From an uncultured delta proteobacterium (GTDB lineage: Bacteria; Myxococcota; Myxococcia; Myxococcales; Myxococcaceae): a DNA stretch of 12,904 bases. The DNA lies in NCBI GenBank assembly GCA_963771175.1, contig CAVYSY010000020.1, positions 1 to 12,904 on the forward strand, in the 5' to 3' direction. The position numbers and the translations under genes were made by a program. The notes under the pieces are model-generated. The model was not told the DNA's origin and ran no database searches. It was given only the letters and a program-made list of their open reading frames with translations. Shown in pieces: positions 8,067 to 12,904 of this stretch (positions within the stretch are counted from its first letter, which is position 1; every line of letters starts with the position of its first letter).

Positions 8067-8128
8067 ACCTGAGGAGCGCTGCAACGGGAGTCCCCTCCCG
8101 CCAGGCTCAGGTTCCTGCAACGGCGCTC
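8067..8128 (+). ncRNA. SAH (S-adenosylhomocysteine) riboswitch aptamer
   Basis: Conserved core GAGGAGCGCTGCAAC...CCAGGCTC...AACGGCGCTC. P1 ACCTGAG 8067-8073 / CTCAGGT 8106-8112; inner stem CGGGAG 8085-8090 / CTCCCG 8095-8100; pseudoknot GAGCGCTG 8074-8081 / CGGCGCTC 8121-8128. Directly upstream of ahcY, the canonical context. Confidence 0.95.
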
Positions 8129-8210
8129 GCTGACTCGTGGCTGGATACACGGGAGGCGAGCCAGCGGGCCCGCCCCTCGCCCTCCAGCCCCTGCCATTCA
8201 GGAGCAATGC

Positions 8211-9629
<1,419 letters not shown>

Positions 9630-9642
9630 GGTAGAGGCCCCC

Positions 9643-9673
9643 GCGCGCCGCTCACTGCTTGCGAGCGGCGCGC
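9643..9673. terminator. Perfect 11-bp hairpin at the convergent ahcY / cyclophilin junction
   Basis: GCGCGCCGCTC (9643-9653), 9-nt loop, GAGCGGCGCGC (9663-9673). Overlaps the cyclophilin stop codon. No U-tract. Confidence 0.5.
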
Positions 9674-10275
9674 TGGAGCTTGATCGGCGGAGTGAGCTTC
9701 TGTCCCTCCGCCGGTGCCTGCTGGATGGCGCGGACCACGTCCATCCCCTTCACCACCCTGCCGAAGGCGCCGAAGCCCTGACCGTCCGGGTTGCGCTTGC
9801 CGCCCTGATCGAGCTCGGGCTGGTCGCCGACGCAGATGAAGAAGTCCGACCGGGCGCTGTCGGGCGTGTCGCGCGCCATCGAGATGGTGCCGTCCTTGTG
9901 CTTCACCCCGGTCACGCTCGTGCGCTCGAGCGGAATGGGCGCGCGCTCCTCGGACTGACGGGCCGGGTTGATGCTGCCCTGGATGACCTCGATCTTCACC
10001 GTGCTGTTCGGCTGGTTGTCGGGCTTCAGCTTCACCGTGCGGTGGAACACCCCGCCATCGAAGAGGCCAGCGTCCACGTAGGCGAGGAAGTTGCGCACCG
10101 TCGTCGGCGCGCGGGCCTCGTCCAGTTCCAGCTCGATCTCCCCCTTCTCCGTCTGGACCACCACCCGCACCGGCCTGGCTGCCTCCGGTTTCGCGTCCTT
10201 CTTCGGCGCGGCGGCGAAGGCGACGGGGGCGAGGGCGAGCAGCATGGCGAGACAGGCGGATGGAATCGCGTTCAT
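9652..10275 (-). CDS. Secreted cyclophilin-type peptidyl-prolyl cis-trans isomerase
   Basis: Signal peptide ending AFA. TEKGEIELEL..APTTVRNFLAYV..FDGGVFHR, VIQG, HKDGTISMAR..PDSARSDFFI, FGRVVKGMDVVRAI. SD GGAG upstream. Confidence 0.93.
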   Translation of the reverse strand: MNAIPSACLAMLLALAPVAFAAAPKKDAKPEAARPVRVVVQTEKGEIELELDEARAPTTVRNFLAYVDAGLFDGGVFHRTVKLKPDNQPNSTVKIEVIQGSINPARQSEERAPIPLERTSVTGVKHKDGTISMARDTPDSARSDFFICVGDQPELDQGGKRNPDGQGFGAFGRVVKGMDVVRAIQQAPAEGQKLTPPIKLQRAARKQ

Positions 10276-10311
10276 CGAGGTCTCCGAAGCACTGGGGAGC
10301 GGGAGCGTACC

Positions 10312-11631
10312 TCACGGGAGCTGCTGCTCCAGCGTGCTCCAGTGCGTCCGCACCCACTGCCGGAGGTACTCCACCTCCTCGTCGTGGGTGGTGAAGTCGG
10401 TCCGCGTGCGCCACCGGAAGAAGCTCCGGAAGTCCTCGTGCCAGCGGACCTCGTCACGTCGTGCCGCGGGACCCACCTCCCGCGCGTACTGGTCGATGAG
10501 CCCGAGCACCACCTCGGCGCGCAGCTCGCCCCGCAGGAGCTGTCGGTAGCGCTCGCGCATCGGCTCCGCGAGGGCCGGGTCCGCCAGCATCCGGGCGAAG
10601 AGGTAGTTCCTTTCGGCGAAGTCGCGGCGGACCGTCGGATCGCTGCGCCGCGTGTCCCAGTACTGACCCAGGCTGGCGTCAAGATCCCACGGAATGATGC
10701 GCCATCGGCCCAACGGACCTCGGGCCCGGTAGTGGTAGGCGTTCTTCGCCACCGAGTCGGTGCCGTCGATGAGCGTGGAGAGGATCCACCAATTCTCGTA
10801 GTCGGTCGTCTCCATCCACGCGGCCCGCTCCGCCCGGAACGTCTCCGCGCGCGCATCGGCCACGAAGGCCGTGAACGCACGGATGCTGTCATTGGCCGTG
10901 GGACCCGTCTCGGGAAGCCCCGCCTTCTTCTCGAAGCCCTGGTCCAGGTCGAGCTTCGGCTCACCCTTGAAGGCCCGGCGCGAGAAGTTGGCGTCATCGC
11001 CCGACGCCTTGAAGAGCTCGCCCGCCTCGTCCAGACGGTGCGCCGCGATCAGATGTCTGTTGATGTGATCGGCCACCGTGTACAGGCCCATGTAGCGCCC
11101 GTTCACGTAGGCGATGGCACTGTAGGTCTTCACCTGGAGATGGTCCGCCGACATCCGTCCCCACAGCTCGAAGGCGAGCCGGTGCCGCATGTACGAGTTG
11201 TCATTGAAGGGGCTGATGAGCACCACCTTGCGCCGGCCGGTGAAGCCGTCACCCAGGAGGGGCTCGTCGAAGGGCGCGTGCTTGGGGAACTCGAGGGTGA
11301 AGCTGCGCTTGGGGAAGAAGTGGGAGGAGTCCCCGCGGGGCTTCACCTTCAGCGCGTGGCAGCGCTCGCGGTAGACGAGCCACGCCACGAAGTAGCCCTC
11401 CTCGTCCGGGAGGGAGCCCGAGAGGAACAGGTTGAACACCGGCAGCCCATCCTCCTCCACGCGGGTCGCCGCATCGGACCCGGGCGCGCCGCTCCAGGAT
11501 TGACCGGACACGTCCTGCGAAATTCCCCGGCACTCCGCCGGCGGGCTTCCAACCGACCCCGTCTCGGAGCCGCACGACAGCATCACCCCGAGCAGCAACA
11601 GGCTCGCGATGCACCGCGCTCCCCGCGTCAT
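10312..11631 (-). CDS. CotH kinase family lipoprotein
   Basis: KPRGDSS..FPKRSF, DNSYMRHRLAFEL, YVNGRYMGLY, GELFKA, DSVAKNAYHY, WRIIPWDLDASLG. I place the start at ATG 11631 (GAGGAGG SD upstream) rather than 11682, which gives the lipoprotein signal MTRGARCIASLLLLGVMLSC. 439 aa. Confidence 0.88.
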   Translation of the reverse strand: MTRGARCIASLLLLGVMLSCGSETGSVGSPPAECRGISQDVSGQSWSGAPGSDAATRVEEDGLPVFNLFLSGSLPDEEGYFVAWLVYRERCHALKVKPRGDSSHFFPKRSFTLEFPKHAPFDEPLLGDGFTGRRKVVLISPFNDNSYMRHRLAFELWGRMSADHLQVKTYSAIAYVNGRYMGLYTVADHINRHLIAAHRLDEAGELFKASGDDANFSRRAFKGEPKLDLDQGFEKKAGLPETGPTANDSIRAFTAFVADARAETFRAERAAWMETTDYENWWILSTLIDGTDSVAKNAYHYRARGPLGRWRIIPWDLDASLGQYWDTRRSDPTVRRDFAERNYLFARMLADPALAEPMRERYRQLLRGELRAEVVLGLIDQYAREVGPAARRDEVRWHEDFRSFFRWRTRTDFTTHDEEVEYLRQWVRTHWSTLEQQLP

Positions 11632-11770
11632 GCATCCTCCTCGGACGCACACACCCTGGTGATGGTGGCGGCCACGGGGCACCCACCCTCCAGGGCATTG
11701 TCACGGCGTGGACGGAGCCCACTGTCTCCGGGGAGGCATGTCATAGTCGCGAGGATTGCCGGGAGGACGG

Positions 11771-12851
11771 ATGCGGGCAGACGTGCAGCAGCGGGAGGCC
11801 CTGAAGGAAGCCGTCACCGAGGCCCTCGCCAGGGGCAGGCACTTCCTGGAGGGCGCGCAGACCGCGGACGGGCGCTGGCTGGACTTCCGCTTCCGCTTCG
11901 TGACGGGCCGGGACGTCATCGCCTCGCAGTGGGTGACGGCCTACGTGGGCCAGGCCCTCGCGAGGACGGGAGGCGACCCGGCCGCGGTGGAGCGGGCCCG
12001 GGACTGGCTGGTGAGCCATGCCCACGCCAGCGGTGGGTGGGGCTTCAGCCTGGCGACGCCCGCCGACGCGGACTCCACCGCCAACGCGGTCCACCTCCTC
12101 GCGCACTGGCGCGGCGTGCCCGCGTGGGAGGCGGCGCTCTCCGAGGCCTGCTCGCAGTTGCTGCGCTACTGGGATGAAGGCGAGCGCGGTTTCCGCACCT
12201 ACCGCCCCGCGGAACAGACGTCCCTGAACGGCTGGGAGAGCTACCCGGGCAGTAGCTGGTGCGACGTCCATCTCTCCGTCACCGCGCTCGCGGCCGAGGC
12301 TCTGCACGCCACGGGGGACGCGCGCCACCGTCCCATCATCGCGGCCTGCGCCCGAGCCGTGCGCGAGCAGCAGTCCCCCGAGGGCTTCTGGGAGGCGTTC
12401 TGGTGGCACGGCCGGACCTACGCCACCTTCCACGCGGCGCGGCTGCTCTCCCTGTCGGGCGAGGCGTCCGAGCCGGTGGCGCGCGCCGCTCGCTGGCTGG
12501 CGGGGCACGCAGCAGGAGACCGGGGGCTGGGGCGACGGCACCGGCGGCGAGGCCGCTCCCTTCCACACGGCGCTCTCCCTCGCGACGCTGCTGCTCGACG
12601 AAGGACTCGCCCACCACGCTCCCTCCCTCCACGCCGGGCTCCGGTGGTTACTTGAATCGCAACAACCGGATGGCGGCTGGGCCAACGTCCCCATCATGCG
12701 GATGCCTCGTCCCCAGGTTCATGAGGCCTGGAATGACCCAGAGGGGTGTCTGCTTCTACCCGTGCTGACGGATCGCAACCGGCTCTTCACCACCGCCACC
12801 GTGGTCACCGCACTGGCGGACGTCCACGAGGCCCTGCGGCAGGGCGCGTGA
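11771..12851 (+). pseudogene. Prenyltransferase/squalene-oxidase-repeat (class II terpene cyclase-like) protein interrupted by a +1 frameshift near 12502-12505 (pseudogene or sequencing error)
   Basis: SD GGGAGG before ATG 11771. QW-like repeats FLEGAQTADGRW, WLVSHAHASGGWG and VREQQSPEGFW, plus DADSTA at 12065-12082. Removing one G restores WLAGTQQETGGWG...WLLESQQPDGGW...DRNRLFTTATVVTAL up to TGA 12849-12851 (359 aa). Confidence 0.85.
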
Positions 12852-12904
12852 GGATTGGACTTCCAGAAAAGGCTTTCATCGCCATAGGTATTTTCTCTTA
12901 CGCC

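Noticed and set aside
7727..8133. Small ORFs in the divergent intergenic region (7727-8056, 7873-8133, 7715-7927)
   Set aside because: Pro/Arg-rich, no family features, and they overlap promoter and riboswitch elements.
11632..11682. N-terminal extension of the CotH ORF to 11682
   Set aside because: ATG 11631 has a strong SD and exposes a proper lipoprotein signal peptide.
11698..11747. TGTCA repeats as an ECF-type promoter for the cyclase gene
   Set aside because: The -10 match and spacing are too weak to support a call.
12259..12768. 169-aa plus-strand ORF as a separate gene or as the cyclase continuation
   Set aside because: Wrong frame; the QW repeats continue in the frame ending at 12851.

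Overview
GC-rich bacterial DNA; the gene repertoire suggests a myxobacterium (inference). In order, the window holds: the 3' part of a sensor histidine kinase (+); a DUF2277 gene and an ECF42-like sigma factor (-); a lipoprotein EEP nuclease/phosphatase with Ig-like and lamin-tail domains (+); and a 1066-aa fused MFS-like/spermidine-synthase-like membrane protein (-). That membrane gene sits head-to-head with an SAH riboswitch and ahcY (+). Next come a CotH-kinase lipoprotein and a secreted cyclophilin (-), then a frameshifted single-barrel class II terpene-cyclase-like gene (+). The strongest unannotated signals are: (1) a clear SAH riboswitch with a readable translational ON switch; (2) motif changes suggesting the divergent 'spermidine synthase' is an SAH-producing methyltransferase; (3) a monodomain terpene cyclase candidate with six QW-type repeats and DADSTA, hidden by a +1 frameshift near 12502-12505. 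No tRNA, rRNA, CRISPR array or IS was seen.
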